Source of the DNA: Octopus bimaculoides
Lineage: Eukaryota
Assembly (NCBI RefSeq): GCF_001194135.2
Contig: NC_068982.1
Span: forward strand, 176,777,059-176,841,058
Reading direction: 5' to 3'
DNA: 64,000 nucleotides
Both the position numbers and the translations under genes were made by a program. Positions 48,249 through 61,470 of the stretch are shown here, piece after piece. Each line of letters begins with the position of its first letter. The stretch's first letter is position 1. The notes beneath the pieces were generated by a model, which did not search any database, was not told the DNA's origin, and was given only the letters and a program-made list of their open reading frames with translations.

Positions 48249-49366
48249 CTTTCTATCCTGAAGATTTGAAAAATTGTATCTATCATCATTCTCATAAATA
48301 ATCTTAAAATTGGTTCCACAACTAAATAATCTAAGATCAAAATACGTATATATGTGATTGGAATTTTATGGGTCTTTTATTCATTTTTATTGCTGCAAAA
48401 TAAATGGTTGACGCTACATTAAAACTGTAATCATTGTTGCTCTAAAGCAGCTAAGTATCAACCTCTCCACAAAATGAAATGGAAGGACGTATGAAAACGA
48501 AGCTTGTAGAAAGAAAGATTCCAAGCATTTGTTCACCATTATCAAGAGTAAATTCAATGATATCTGACGGCGATCGCCATGTAGTCTGTCGTCATGGTAA
48601 TCAACAGACGAATAGTATAAACCAAGTGTATATTCGCTAGTTTTATTAGATAGATAAGCACAGAGTGCATTCCAGTCGTATCCAGAAACCCCAGAAATAT
48701 GTCTTGTTTCGACATCAAACAAATTCTGCAAAGTTTTATATTCACTAAGTGACTTTCTATTCAAAATGTCAAATGATTCCATGCAGTATTCTCACTCTAA
48801 ATTTAATTCTCTGTCATAAGATTCTCTGGGCAAACTAAACATCTTTTTAATTTAGAAAAAATAACTAATCCTTGAGTACATTTCTCAGCTTGTAGATACT
48901 CTCCTCACAATTACAAATTACATAAATCTGTTAAAATAATGCAAATACATATTCTTTTGTTCGTTTCAGCCCTGTGTCTGCGGTCAGGCTGGAGAATCAC
49001 TTTGATTCTTAAATTTTACATATCATTCTTCTTTGGCTGATTTTTCAGGGTGGTGGGATTTCCTATTACCATCCTGTACGTGTGTTTTGCCTTGGATGCT
49101 GGCTCATAAGGAGGTCTGACACTGCAACTCTCATCTGCATTGTGGAGAGGAGAATTCCAGTTCATTTCTGAATACACACACGTCTATTTTATGTAGGTTA
49201 CTTAATTCTTTTCACTGTGCGGTGAATAGCTGTGAGTCATTGAATTCTAAGGTATTGCAGTAGCTGATTCTGACTTTAGATGGAGTAGACCGTACCTTTG
49301 GTACAAAACAAGTGTCCAGTTCGGGCGTTATCTGTGTGTGTATATATATAACTGCTTGTTTGTGTA

Positions 49367-49420
<54 letters not shown>

Positions 49421-50580
49421 AAATAGGAAGCGTGCAAAGTTGAATATTAATTTGATTAATATCAATTTAAAACCAGTGGCCTAGCATATTGAAAAATTTG
49501 AAGATTCAGAAAAATTATATTACATACATATGAAAGGGAAGACCACTAAATTTGACATCCATTTTGCTAGAAGTAGACCACCTATGGTCTGACCACTAAG
49601 AAAAGATTGTTCTCAAGAAAATTCGGCAAACACCACAGTAATTACGTAAGTGGTGACAACGAGACCAGTCCATGATTAATCTTTATATTTTGTATCATTT
49701 CATTTGTCTTGCTCGCTTACGTTCTGATGTTTGCTGAATTGTGTGTATTTTAATGTGAAGACACCCAACTTTTCTACACACTGTATTTTTGGTGTTCATG
49801 TTACTGAAAAATGTATGCTCTTAAATCGAAAGAACTACAGATAGACAGACAGATAGACAGAGACAGACAGGCAGACAAACACAAATAGATAGAGATAAAA
49901 TAAAGATAGGTACAAAAGTCTATAGTCAGGTAGATAATTATCATTTAGTTGTCCATATCCAGAGAAAAGCACTCATAAATGCAAAATAGAACCGTTATAT
50001 TTGTATATCATCGAGCAGTATATTATTGGCTATGGTATCGGAAGCAAGGCTAAATATTCACAGATCCTCTTTTAGAAACACAGATGGAGCAGAATATTAT
50101 AACACTAGCTACATAGCGCTATTAAAACAGGATGCAATCCTATATAAAATCGCATGGACATTGCTAGAACATCCTTGACCTTATATGAATGGAAGTAGAC
50201 GTTGCAAGCTTTGCTTGGTCGTGGGGCACTCCCTGAACTAAAAAAGTGAAATATTGGGAATTAGTTTCGTCAACGTGGTTATCCGCATTTTGGAAGGACA
50301 GAAGTATAAGCGTGTATACGCATACAAGGGATACTATTCAACCACGACTAACGCAACTCTTATTTCTCTCCTGGTAAATGTTATAGGTTTTCACTGTTTT
50401 TTTTCCCCAGTTCTTTTACCAATTACAAGCCAGCAATGACCTCCAGCATAGAAAAGATTATGCGTTTCCCGCCACCACGTCTGTAGAGTCATCAATACCA
50501 AGTGAAAATTTCTTCGAAAACCAACGGTAACATTCTGATCAATTATATGCCATAAGCAGCAATATAGAGCTCTACGATAG

Positions 50581-50621
<41 letters not shown>

Positions 50622-53591
50622 NNNNNNNNNNNNNNNNNNNNNNNNNNNNNNNNNNNNNNNNNNNNNNNNNNNNNNNNNNNNNNNNNNNNNNNNNNNNNNN
50701 NNNNNNNNNNNNNNNNNNNNNNNNNNNNNNNNNNNNNNNNNNNNNNNNNNNNNNNNNNNNNNNNNNNNNNNNNNNNNNNNNNNNNNNNNNNNNNNNNNNN
50801 NNNNNNNNNNNNNNNNNNNNNNNNNNNNNNNNNNNNNNNNNNNNNNNNNNNNNNNNNNNNNNNNNNNNNNNNNNNNNNNNNNNNNNNNNNNNNNNNNNNN
50901 NNNNNNNNNNNNNNNNNNNNNNNNNNNNNNNNNNNNNNNNNNNNNNNNNNNNNNNNNNNNNNNNNNNNNNNNNNNNNNNNNNNNNNNNNNNNNNNNNNNN
51001 NNNNNNNNNNNNNNNNNNNNNNNNNNNNNNNNNNNNNNNNNNNNNNNNNNNNNNNNNNNNNNNNNNNNNNNNNNNNNNNNNNNNNNNNNNNNNNNNNNNN
51101 NNNNNNNNNNNNNNNNNNNNNNNNNNNNNNNNNNNNNNNNNNNNNNNNNNNNNNNNNNNNNNNNNNNNNNNNNNNNNNNNNNNNNNNNNNNNNNNNTATA
51201 TATATATATAAACATATATATATAAACATATATATATATATAAACATATATATACATATAATTGTGTATATATGTATACTTCTGTTTTCATCGATATTTC
51301 CTTAAATTTACCGTCCACCCATACGCTTGTAAATTTATGTATCAATGGTTTGTCCTCTTATTTTCTTTTTAACTTGATGACTTTTTTCAGCCTGTCAGAA
51401 AAGTTGCACGAAGAAATCTTTTAAGTTTACAGTCAACCTCTTTTATAGGAAATTATTTATAGATATACATCTCCATTCCCTTTACAATACAAAATGACCA
51501 CTCTTAAATTACAAATTAAGTAACTACATATTCCTCAATCCTCACTTTATCTTTTTCCCAGATCACCCCCGTTAATATGGCTGCTAATAGACCAGTGAGT
51601 TATTTCCCTTGTGCTATTCTCAAATTTTAAAACCCGAATTTACATTCTCGTATTCTATCAGCTGTATTATTTTTTTAAAATACACTTGTTCTCGATTTTG
51701 CAGCGCTATTATCGTACTTCCTTTCTCATGATATATTCGTTGGTTTGTTTATTTATTTATCTATTTGTTTATTTATTTATTTATTTATTTATGTATATAT
51801 CATTTCTTTTTTGTAATTCTTTCTTTGATAACATTCTACTAGATATATATCGTGTTTCTCATAAATATAAGCAAATTGAATTTATTGTATTGTTGATTAG
51901 CTTCAGTTCTTTTCTACTTTAATTAATATCATTTCTAAGAATAACCCATATTTGCACGCTCACACGTATATAAATATTTGTATCAGAATGTTATTACAAA
52001 AAGTTATCACATCTCTGCAAATATCTAAATATTTTGAACAGATTTGATACGAAAATAATTGCAAATAATTTTATGTTTTATTAAAGACAAAATTAACTGT
52101 TAATTTAAATAATGCTGATGAAAATAGAAGCTCTTTATTCACGTTTGTTATTATACATTTAGTTTATTTTTGCCTCAAAACTGAATTCAAACATTGGCAG
52201 CAATTGGAAACTAATGAGAAGCATCATTTTAAAATATAATGTATGTTTTCCACTCTCATCATGACGGTTTTTGGTGTTATAAAAACAAAGAAAACTTTGT
52301 GAATTGAATATTTTGTAAATGGTATTTCAGCTTATAAATTATGTAAATATTTCAAGATATATTACTTATCTGTATAGAAACTGAAGTTAATATGGAAACA
52401 GAGCAGGAAGATATTGAATATACGTTTTCATTGAGACGAAAATGTAGTTTTACAAAATTACATTCGTAAAGTATTATCGTGAATTGTAAGGTAAGTATTA
52501 ACATAATGAATGTAATAAAGGTCGCTAAACACATAAAAATAAACTTGTATGGTGGAGAAAAATACATTAGTTCAATGACTATGCTTTTGTTATTATTTCA
52601 GTTATAGTGGATGCAGTTTGGTTTTGTTAAATCTATCCATCAAAGCGTAGGATTCACTGTAGTTGCTAAAGTAGTGCTGTGTTAATTACTAACGTGATGT
52701 ACATTGTTGTACAACAGAGGACGAGATATAAAAATGTTATTTAAAAACTGTATTTCAAACCAGATATAGTCAGTGAGAAAGATATGCATTTAGATTTTTT
52801 TTCAAATAATTCAACTCAGTCAAAATTTATGCCGCGTATATCTTTCGTCTATTTAACCGGTATGCATAAATGATATTCTTGGTAATATACACTGTCAGTG
52901 CCAAGTCATAAACATAACAGTTTTGCCTTTTGCATCCCTTCTAGATTTAGGTCAGGGAATAAATATTAGAGTAAAATAAAGTGTAGAAAATGACCTATAA
53001 GAACACGATTTGATCATTATGGAATGACACTGCTTCTAACGGTGAACCACATCTTGTTATGATGACTTATTACAGATTAATGGACTAAAGTATTGAAATG
53101 TGATTTAGTTTTTTTCACTGTTCAGATCTAATTTGAAAACACATAAGCTGAGGGAAATGATTCACATGAGCTAATGCCATGCGTTTGAACAAATGAATTA
53201 GGTGTGGTGTAATGAATGTCTTATAAAAAATATTCATAGTTTCTTGAAATAACCCTCTAAGCTGGATAAAGAAAATAAAACCCTGGCGACAGTTGTTAGC
53301 AACGGTGAGTGAGAAGGGGGAGATAACATATGCATAATCTTCATAATTAAGGAGTAAAACAAGTTAAATGAAATGCCTCGAATGAACCAATAGCATGGTT
53401 TGGAGCAAATAAATTTATGTGGGATGTACTAAATGGAATACAAAATATGTGTCATTTAATTCAATTTGTCCTCCAACTTAATAGCAAACAAAAGTTAATT
53501 GCCATTGTTAGTGACTCTGAATAAGGAAAATAATTTTCAGAAATTAAGAACAATCTTTCAAAGTTAATTAATCTACGAACATTCGATATTT

Positions 53592-53902
53592 GGACTTCAG
53601 TCTTACACCCTTTCAAAGCCTAGCCAGGCTCATGCGTCCGGCTTCCCGGTTTCTATGGCGTATGTGTTCCCCTAGCTGGACGGGACGCCAGTCCATCGCA
53701 GCGTTATTCAAGAAACGGGAAGAAAGTGTGAGAGAAAGTTGGGGTGAAAGAGTACAACAGGGGTCGCCCCCTCCCCTGCCGGAGCCTCGTGGAGCTTAAG
53801 TGTTTTCGCTCAATAAACACTCACAACGCCCGGTCTGGGAATCGAAACTGCGATCCTCCGACCGCGATTCCACTGCCTTAACCACTGGGCCATTACGCCT
53901 CC
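53592..53902 (-). mobile_element. Near-complete tRNA-derived SINE, family B
   Basis: Minus strand GGAGGCGTAATGGCCCAGTGGTTAAGG (A-box) ... AGTTTCGATTCCC (B-box). The central GATGGACTGGCGTCCCGTCCAG resembles V/Meta-type SINE domains. Confidence 0.85.
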
Positions 53903-54394
53903 CTATATCTGGACTTGGGCAAGGAATAAAATGTGGATATATTTCGGTCTACTGGGCAACACAGCACAGCACAAGCTAACCAAGTTATTTTTTCGCTACG
54001 TGGTCGACTCGATTTGCTTTTACACTTATGTATATCATGCAATTACTTTGGCTTAAATCCTGATTCGTTCTTTTATTTAATATTAATAATTACACTATAA
54101 GGATAGTATTGTTAATACACTTTTTGGTATATTGTACATCTGAGGTCTCTTTGAATTTCTTTAAATTCTCTTTAAATAATACGAGATCTAAAGCATTTTT
54201 ACTAAAATCAATTACTTTAATGGATGTCTAATGTCACTTCTTATTGGTTGAAACACTGGAGCTCATCTAAAAATCTAATTTAAAAAAGCATCCCGATTGA
54301 GCGCACAAAAAATATTATACTCCATAGCATTAAATGTATAACAGGGGTATCAATCTGACACAAATATCCACAATTTCAAAATGCTCTCTCAATG

Positions 54395-54480
54395 CTGTAT
54401 TAGTATAACGCTCGGGAATAGAGAAAGTCTTTAACGTTTCGAGCCGACGCTCTTGAACAGAAAGGAACACGGAAAGAAAC
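54395..54480 (-). mobile_element. Penelope-like terminal repeat fragment with a hammerhead-like motif
   Basis: Minus strand CTTTCTGTTCAA-GAGC-GTCG-GCTC-GAAACGTTA-AAG. A related partial copy lies at about 41586-41690. Confidence 0.45.
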
Positions 54481-54571
54481 ACGGAGAGAAAAAAAATATA
54501 TGTGTAGTGGTCAGCGATCTATCATGGAGAATGCCGGACAAAAGGGTCACACAGGAGAGTTAAGAAGAAGG

Positions 54572-54670
54572 GGAAGTGCCAGGTGGGTATGAGAGAAGAG
54601 GAAGGGCCAGGTGGGTATGAGAGAAGGGGAAGGGCCAGGTGGGTATGACAGAAGGGGAAGGTGGGTATAG
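54572..54670. repeat. ~28-bp purine-rich minisatellite (GAAGGGCCAGGTGGGTATGAGAGAAGGG), about 3.5 units
   Basis: Seen directly, inside a purine-rich tract at 54540-54890. Confidence 0.85.
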
Positions 54671-54916
54671 GAGGAGGGAGAAAGAGAGGAGGGAGAAAGA
54701 GAGTAAGAGAGAGAGAGTAAGAGAGCAGAGAAAAGAGTAGGGGTGAAGAGAAGTAGGAGTAAAGAGAAGTAAAGAGAAGTAGGAGTCGGGGCAGGAAAGA
54801 AGAGGTAGGTGGGAGGTAGTAGGCGGGAGGGGAGAGGGGTAGAGATGCAGAGAGGCAAGGGGAGGGGGTTAGATGAAGAGGAGAGGAGGGTTGAGCACAT
54901 GTGACGCAAAGGAGCG

Positions 54917-54951
<35 letters not shown>

Positions 54952-55297
54952 NNNNNNNNNNNNNNNNNNNNNNNNNNNNNNNNNNNNNNNNNNNNNNNNN
55001 NNNNNNNNNNNNNNNNNNNNNNNNNNNNNNNNNNNNNNNNNNNNNNNNNNNNNNNNNNNNNNNNNNNNNNNNNNNNNNNNNNNNNNNNNNNNNNNNNNNN
55101 NNNNNNNNNNNNNNNNNNNNNNNNNNNNNNNNNNNNNNNNNNNNNNNNNNNNNNNNNNNNNNNNNNNNNNNNNNNNNNNNNNNNNNNNNNNNNNNNNNNN
55201 NNNNNNNNNNNNNNNNNNNNNNNNNNNNNNNNNNNNNNNNNNNNNNNNNNNNNNNNNNNNNNNNNNNNNNNNNNNNNNNNNNNNNNNNNNNNNNNNN

Positions 55298-55368
<71 letters not shown>

Positions 55369-55789
55369 TGTGTATTTGTGCGCACACGTGTTTGTATGTT
55401 GCGCATCATGTTTTCGAAGAAGGATGCGATTTTTTAACTGATACTCTGCCAGAACGGAGGTTGCTGGCGCACAGATTGCAGGAAATATGAGACTGAGCTC
55501 GCCTATAAAACTCCATTCGTGCGATGAAGCTACAATAGGGTCAATATTTAAATTTTGTAAGTGTTTGTGATTCTCAGACTGCCCGCTGCAACGAAATCTC
55601 CGTCGTTAACTTATGATTTATGACTAGCTCGTGTTATGACTTATGTTGAGAGAATGCCACATCTCGCTCGTCGTTCTGGCAGTTGAACCTGTCTCGTTGA
55701 TATTTAAATTACCATGTCGTAATTCACCGAAATTCTAGTTATCGTTTGCATCTTGGACACACATAATACACAACACTGAACGTGGACTT

Positions 55790-56115
55790 GTGTCACTCGC
55801 TTGACTGCAGCCATGCTTGGAAGGGTTTTATCCCAACAGAGCCCTTGAATAACTGAGACAGAAACAAAGCAACGCCGGCTATCAAGGTGTTAGGGGACGA
55901 AAGACTCACGTTCACACACACAAGCATCAATATATATATATATAAATATATATATGGCAAGCTTCCACCTTCCAGTCTATCAACACTACTCATAAGGGTT
56001 TGGTCAGCCTGAGGTTATAGTAGAAGACACTTGCCAAACGGGCCACGCGGTGGTACTGAAACTGGAACCATGTGATTGAGAAGTAATCTTCTTAGAACAC
56101 AGCTACGTTTGCGCT
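55790..56115 (-). mobile_element. SINE family C
   Basis: Reverse complement of the 41401 family (TAGTAGAAGACACTTGCC...ACTGAAACTGGAACCATGTG), with an internal (TA)n. Confidence 0.75.
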
Positions 56116-57711
56116 TACATGTACACATTTGACAAAATAAAGGGATTTCCTTATGAAATATTGATTCCCTTTCTTTGTAATCAAGACGGCATTAACAAAT
56201 ATGATATGAAACAAAATATACATGGATCACTTAGAAGTGAAATCTAGGTGTCAGCTCTAAAAATTGTTCCTTTTCTCCCAATAAATTCTTGGTACATATT
56301 TATGATCAGAATTTCAAATAGTCTATGATTATGACAGAAGTGTGCAAGATAGTATGGTGCATCGGTCTAACTGCATAATTTATTTCTATTTATTCAGGAT
56401 GAATAACAATGATACTTACCAGCCTGCAACGGAATCTAAACAAGCGACCATGTCGTTTATAAACTACACATTTGTAATATCGTTGGCCGAACGTATAAAA
56501 TCAATCTCCTTTCATTATCTTTATTTCCATTACTGTGAGGACAGCTTTTAATTCTGGAGATAAAGATGTTGGGGATGATCTCCCACGAGACTTCCCACAA
56601 CTCAGTTTAGCTGATTCCGGCTGAGAGAAAAAGAATCGACAGCGGTACTTGACACATACTGTATTTATTATCGGCGAAATGTTGAGCAGCACGTTGACCT
56701 CGGTGGAATTTTATCGCAGAACACAAAATGTCAGGGCGAATATTGTAATGCTCCGTACTATGCACAGTAAGCCCAAGCAATCCGCCGTCTCTGAAGATGT
56801 TAATCTTCATGATATAAAGAAAATACGACGTCAATGTGAATGTTGATAGTGATGACGACAACGTTGTCACTGCTGCTGCTGCTACTGATGATGGTGATGC
56901 TAATGATGATGATCATCATGATCATGATCATGATGACGAAGACGACGACGATGAAGATGACGACGATGACGTCGTTGATGATATAGAAGTCAGTTCTTGT
57001 AAAAATCATTTCGTCAATTTTTTATGCTGTAACATTATTTTTATTGAAATATTTATACAGTCAGTAGTCAGTTTTATGAACAGTCATAAAGAATAACTAA
57101 TATCGAAACTGCCATGAAAGTAAAATACGACAGTAGAGTATTAAGTAAAAGCTGTAGCGTAGGAAATTTTATATACAAAATGAGTATTTATTATAAGATA
57201 TCAAAATCTTCAGTGAAACATAAAACACGAAGCTAACGATCGGGTTATTTTAACCTGAGCATATTCATGTATTATTTATGAGGGGAATAAGGAACTTGAG
57301 TTATTTCACAAATGAATTTACGAGCGTTAGGTAATAACATCGAATTACTGTAAAGCAATACAGTCTTATGAAACAAACATTTTATATTATGATACAAAAG
57401 CAACTATTGCAATTCACATTTGATATTTCACATATTACGACATAATATACACAAAATACTAATTTAACAGGAGAAAAAATACAGAAAAATGACACCCAAG
57501 AAATTATTCGTCTCTAAATTATTGGATGCTTTATAGTGTGTAAACATATGACCAAAATCATTTAGGTTCCGGAACGAAATACTGTGATGAAATCAATAGC
57601 CCATGTTTGTAACAATTATTATTTTTGATATTGGGGATGGTTCTAATAATAGTACTAACAAAGATAATAATTGTTGTTGCTGTTGTTATTATTATTATTA
57701 TTATTATTATT

Positions 57712-59209
57712 GTTCAGTAGTATTATTTTTATAACGTGCTTTCACTTCACTACCGAGCGCAGCTCTCTGCGCCTTGGGTATGTGCTGTGGTTTGGTGTGG
57801 TGCTCTTATGGTTACTGTGTTGAAAGTGTTTTGCGTAGGATGTGTGCTGTGCCTAGTAGTGCAATAGCAATTGTTTCTGTTTTTAGATTCCGCATTCGAG
57901 TTATCTCTATTTCCAGGTTTTTGTATTTTGAAAGTTTTTCCATTTCTTTTAGAGAGACGTTGTCATCTGCTGGTATTGATACATCAATTAGAAAGCATTT
58001 TTTTCTTCATGATCTTTGACAACTATATCTGATTTATTTGCCTTAATTTCTCTATCTGTGTGTATTGGCATATCCCAGAGTATGGTTGCTTTCTCGTTTT
58101 CTGTGACCTTTTCTGGCGTGTGTTTATACCATCTTTTTTCTGTTGTTNNNNNNNNNNNNNNNNNNNNNNNNNNNNNNNNNNNNNNNNNNNNNNNNNNNNN
58201 NNNNNNNNNNNNNNNNNNNNNNNNNNNNNNNNNNNNNNNNNNNNNNNNNNNNNNNNNNNNNNNNNNNNNNNNNNNNNNNNNNNNNNNNNNNNNNNNNNNN
58301 NNNNNNNNNNNNNNNNNNNNNNNNNNNNNNNNNNNNNNNNNNNNNNNNNNNNNNNNNNNNNNNNNNNNNNNNNNNNNNNNNNNNNNNNNNNNNNNNNNNN
58401 NNNNNNNNNNNNNNNNNNNNNNNNNNNNNNNNNNNNNNNNNNNNNNNNNNNNNNNNNNNNNNNNNNNNNNNNNNNNNNNNNNNNNNNNNNNNNNNNNNNN
58501 NNNNNNNNNNNNNNNNNNNNNNNNNNNNNNNNNNNNNNNNNNNNNNNNNNNNNNNNNNNNNNNNNNNNNNNNNNNNNNNNNNNNNNNNNNNNNNNNNNNN
58601 NNNNNNNNNNNNNNNNNNNNNNNNNNNNNNNNNNNNNNNNNNNNNNNNNNNNNNNNNNNNNNNNNNNNNNNNNNNNNNNNNNNNNNNNNNNNNNNNNNNN
58701 NNNNNNNNNNNNNNNNNNNNNNNNNNNNNNNNNNNNNNNNNNNNNNNNNNNNNNNNNNNNNNNNNNNNNNNNNNNNNNNNNNNNNNNNNNNNNNNNNNNN
58801 NNNNNNNNNNNNNNNNNNNNNNNNNNGCCTCCTAGAGCCTGTCATTATTTTTCCTGTTTTCCTGTCTATTTTCGTTAGTTCATTTAGTGTCCAATTAAGG
58901 ATATTGTAGCTGTAACTTATAACTGGGACAGCTAAAGTGTTAATACCTATTATCTTGTTTTTGCATTGAGCTCTCTTTTAAGTATTGATCTAACTCGTCT
59001 ATAGTATTCTTTCTTTATTTTCTCTTTCATTTGTGTGTGTTGTATCTTATCTAGTTCAAATATTCCTACATATTTATGTCTGGCTTTGGTCTAATGCTCT
59101 TATTTCATTGGCTTTATCTAGTGTGATGTTGCTACTCTTAATTAGTTTTCCCTTTTTCATGGTTGCTTTGGCACATTTTTCTAATCGAAATTTTATATCT
59201 ATTTCTTTG
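57712..59209 (-). mobile_element. 5'-truncated R4/Dong-clade LINE with 3' UTR, inserted in (TAA)n (spans gap 58148-58826)
   Basis: KFRLEKCAKATMKKGKLIKS...NKIIGINTLAVPVISY; WYKHTPEKVTENEKATILWDMPIHTDREIKANKSDIVVKDHEEK; LIDVSIPADDNVSLKEMEKLSKYKNLEIEITRM; ALLGTAHILRKTLS. (TTA)n on both sides. Confidence 0.9.
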
Positions 59210-60894
59210 ATTATTATTATTATTATTATTATTTGTGAGGCTTGTTTATTCTTCTGTTGTTGATTATCAGTGCTCGGTGCTGTACAAATATGATAATGTA
59301 TTTAATTATTTTGCTATATTTCTGTTCCTTCTCACATAATATAGTATTGCTTTGATCAATATTTTGGTAATTTTTCTGTCATATTTGTATGTGAGTTGAT
59401 TTAACAACAACATTAATATAGGTCATGTTTATTCGTGAAAAATCTTTCTGAAATTGTAAGAGATATTTCATCGCGAAGCATCTTTATTATGGCTTGTACA
59501 GAATTCCAATAAATTTCATAAAGGTTTCCTGTTTATTTCATTTTGTGCATATCTGTTTGAACCGTACATAGCTTTTGGCTATTCAGCATGTACGTTGTAA
59601 ATATATTTCTTTCTTTCTTTCTTTCCCTCTCGCTATATATCTATTCATCATCTGTCCAGCAAACTCTTTTACCTCCTCTCTTTCTCTCTCTTCCTCTCTG
59701 CATATAAATATCCTTGTGCGTATTTGTCTTTCTGTGACTATTTGAACTGAATTCCTCTAATCATTGTTTAGTGTTTAGTTATGTGATACATATTGAAACG
59801 GCGGACGGGATCGTAAATATTATGTTGCAATCGCTTTACACCGATGACTAACTTCCAGGCTTTTCAGTTGAGCGTTTTACATTCCAAGTACAGATAACGT
59901 ATACTTTCTTATATGTAAAATAGAGAGCTGCAAAATGTTGATCTACCGGTGTTACGAATCCAAATAATAAATAGAACTCCTTCTAAGAACGTATAAAATC
60001 TAAGACAAAAACATTGCAAGAATGATGAATTTAATAACATTAGTCGGATATAATTTCTTCTGCGTTGTTCAAATTCTCATCAAAACCTGAAGAAGAGATA
60101 TTACTGGAGATACTTTCCCTGCTTTTAACCTGGGTGGTCTTAGCTGATCAAATGTATTCCATGTTACATTACATATGTGAGACACTGTCGCATTATTCAT
60201 AACCTCTTATATAATATAGAACATCTTTGAGTTGATTTCGTTTTCTCAATAGAACAAACTTGCTTATCTCGCCACAGCCTACAAACTACTTTCAGTTTTC
60301 AGTTCAATATAAGATAGTGACTTAAATTCTTTTATAAAACGTATGAACGTCACACAATCTATACTTATTTTCAGATATAAACGCATAAAGTATATCTATT
60401 GTAGGAAAAACAAAAATCAATAATTATTTGGCTTCCTGTCAAGGCTATAAAGAAATATGACAAATGTCATTTCATTAAAAGGATAATAAATGCTGTTATA
60501 CGAAATAAACTTATAAAATGAAGAAACTATGAAATTGTTCACAAAACAAAATGCGACAGTGTTTTAGTCCAAGTAGAAATATTTTCTAAGGTCACAAATT
60601 AAAGTCGCATGTAACTTATACATAACACGTTTATCTTTTATTTTTTCATCTTATTTTTTACTTGTTTCAGTTATTTGGACTGCAGCTATGCTGCAGCAGC
60701 GCCTTCAAGGGTTTGGTCGAACGAATTGGCTCAGTGGTTATTGTATTTAACGTTGATACTTATCCGCTAGCTTTCTTTTCGTTGAATATACAGTCAAGTG
60801 TAATCGAGTGACAAAATTGTTAGAGACGCTAAAAACATACTGCGTGACATTTTTTCAACTCTTTTGCTGATATCCTCTCCACTGTTCATCCCTC

Positions 60895-61050
60895 AATGAT
60901 ATATATTTATTCCTTTATCTGACGAATATAAGTTTTCTAAAATCTTTTCTAATACAGATGTAAATAATTTGGGTGATATGGTGTCTCCTTGTCTGACTCA
61001 TTTACCAACTTTGATATAAAATGCTTTGTTGTTTATAGTTCTACAATCAG
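60895..61050 (-). mobile_element. RTE-clade RT fragment
   Basis: IKVGK*VRQGDTISPKLFTSVLEKIL...KGINI. Confidence 0.7.
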
Positions 61051-61119
61051 TGTACACATTATCTGTAGTTCTACAATCAGTATACACATTATCAAATTAG
61101 TAATGTTGCATCTTTCAGG

Positions 61120-61470
61120 TGCATATTACTAAGCTGGCAATAAAATGTTTACGGTTGCCTGGATGGAACCATAGAGCTATCAGAACTAAAGAACAGGAAA
61201 TCATGATGGTCTTCGGGAGGACATACGCCCTCTACTGCTTAGATAACTGCTCCCAACTATGGAGTATAAAATTAACGGTGGAACTAGGAGTGATACAAAT
61301 GCGACATGTCAGCTACTGGGAAAGGCTGAAAAATGAAGACTGTTACTTACATATCGGGTACGATATATAATGATATACATCACGAAAATTCTGAAAGGAC
61401 TTGTTCAAACAGCAGATGGAACGCCACTGCTGATGATCGCAAACTCGTCATCAAGATACTGCAAAGGGTT
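61120..61470 (+). mobile_element. CR1-group LINE post-RT fragment
   Basis: EIMMVFGRTYALYCLDNCSQLWS...SYWERLK...IIYITKILKGLV. Confidence 0.7.

Noticed and set aside
48554-48745. GPCR-like 'TDYMAIAVRY' peptide on the minus strand
   Set aside because: It lacks the Arg of the DRY motif and convincing flanking transmembrane helices, and the frame stops immediately. Most likely chance.
53830-53902. tRNA gene (and similar heads at 27553 and 41401)
   Set aside because: A and B boxes are present, but I could not fold a proper cloverleaf, and each head continues into a multi-copy SINE body.
56836-57096. Acidic D/H-rich ORF
   Set aside because: It derives from (GAT)/(GAC)/(CAT) microsatellites, with no flanking coding signal or clear splice sites.
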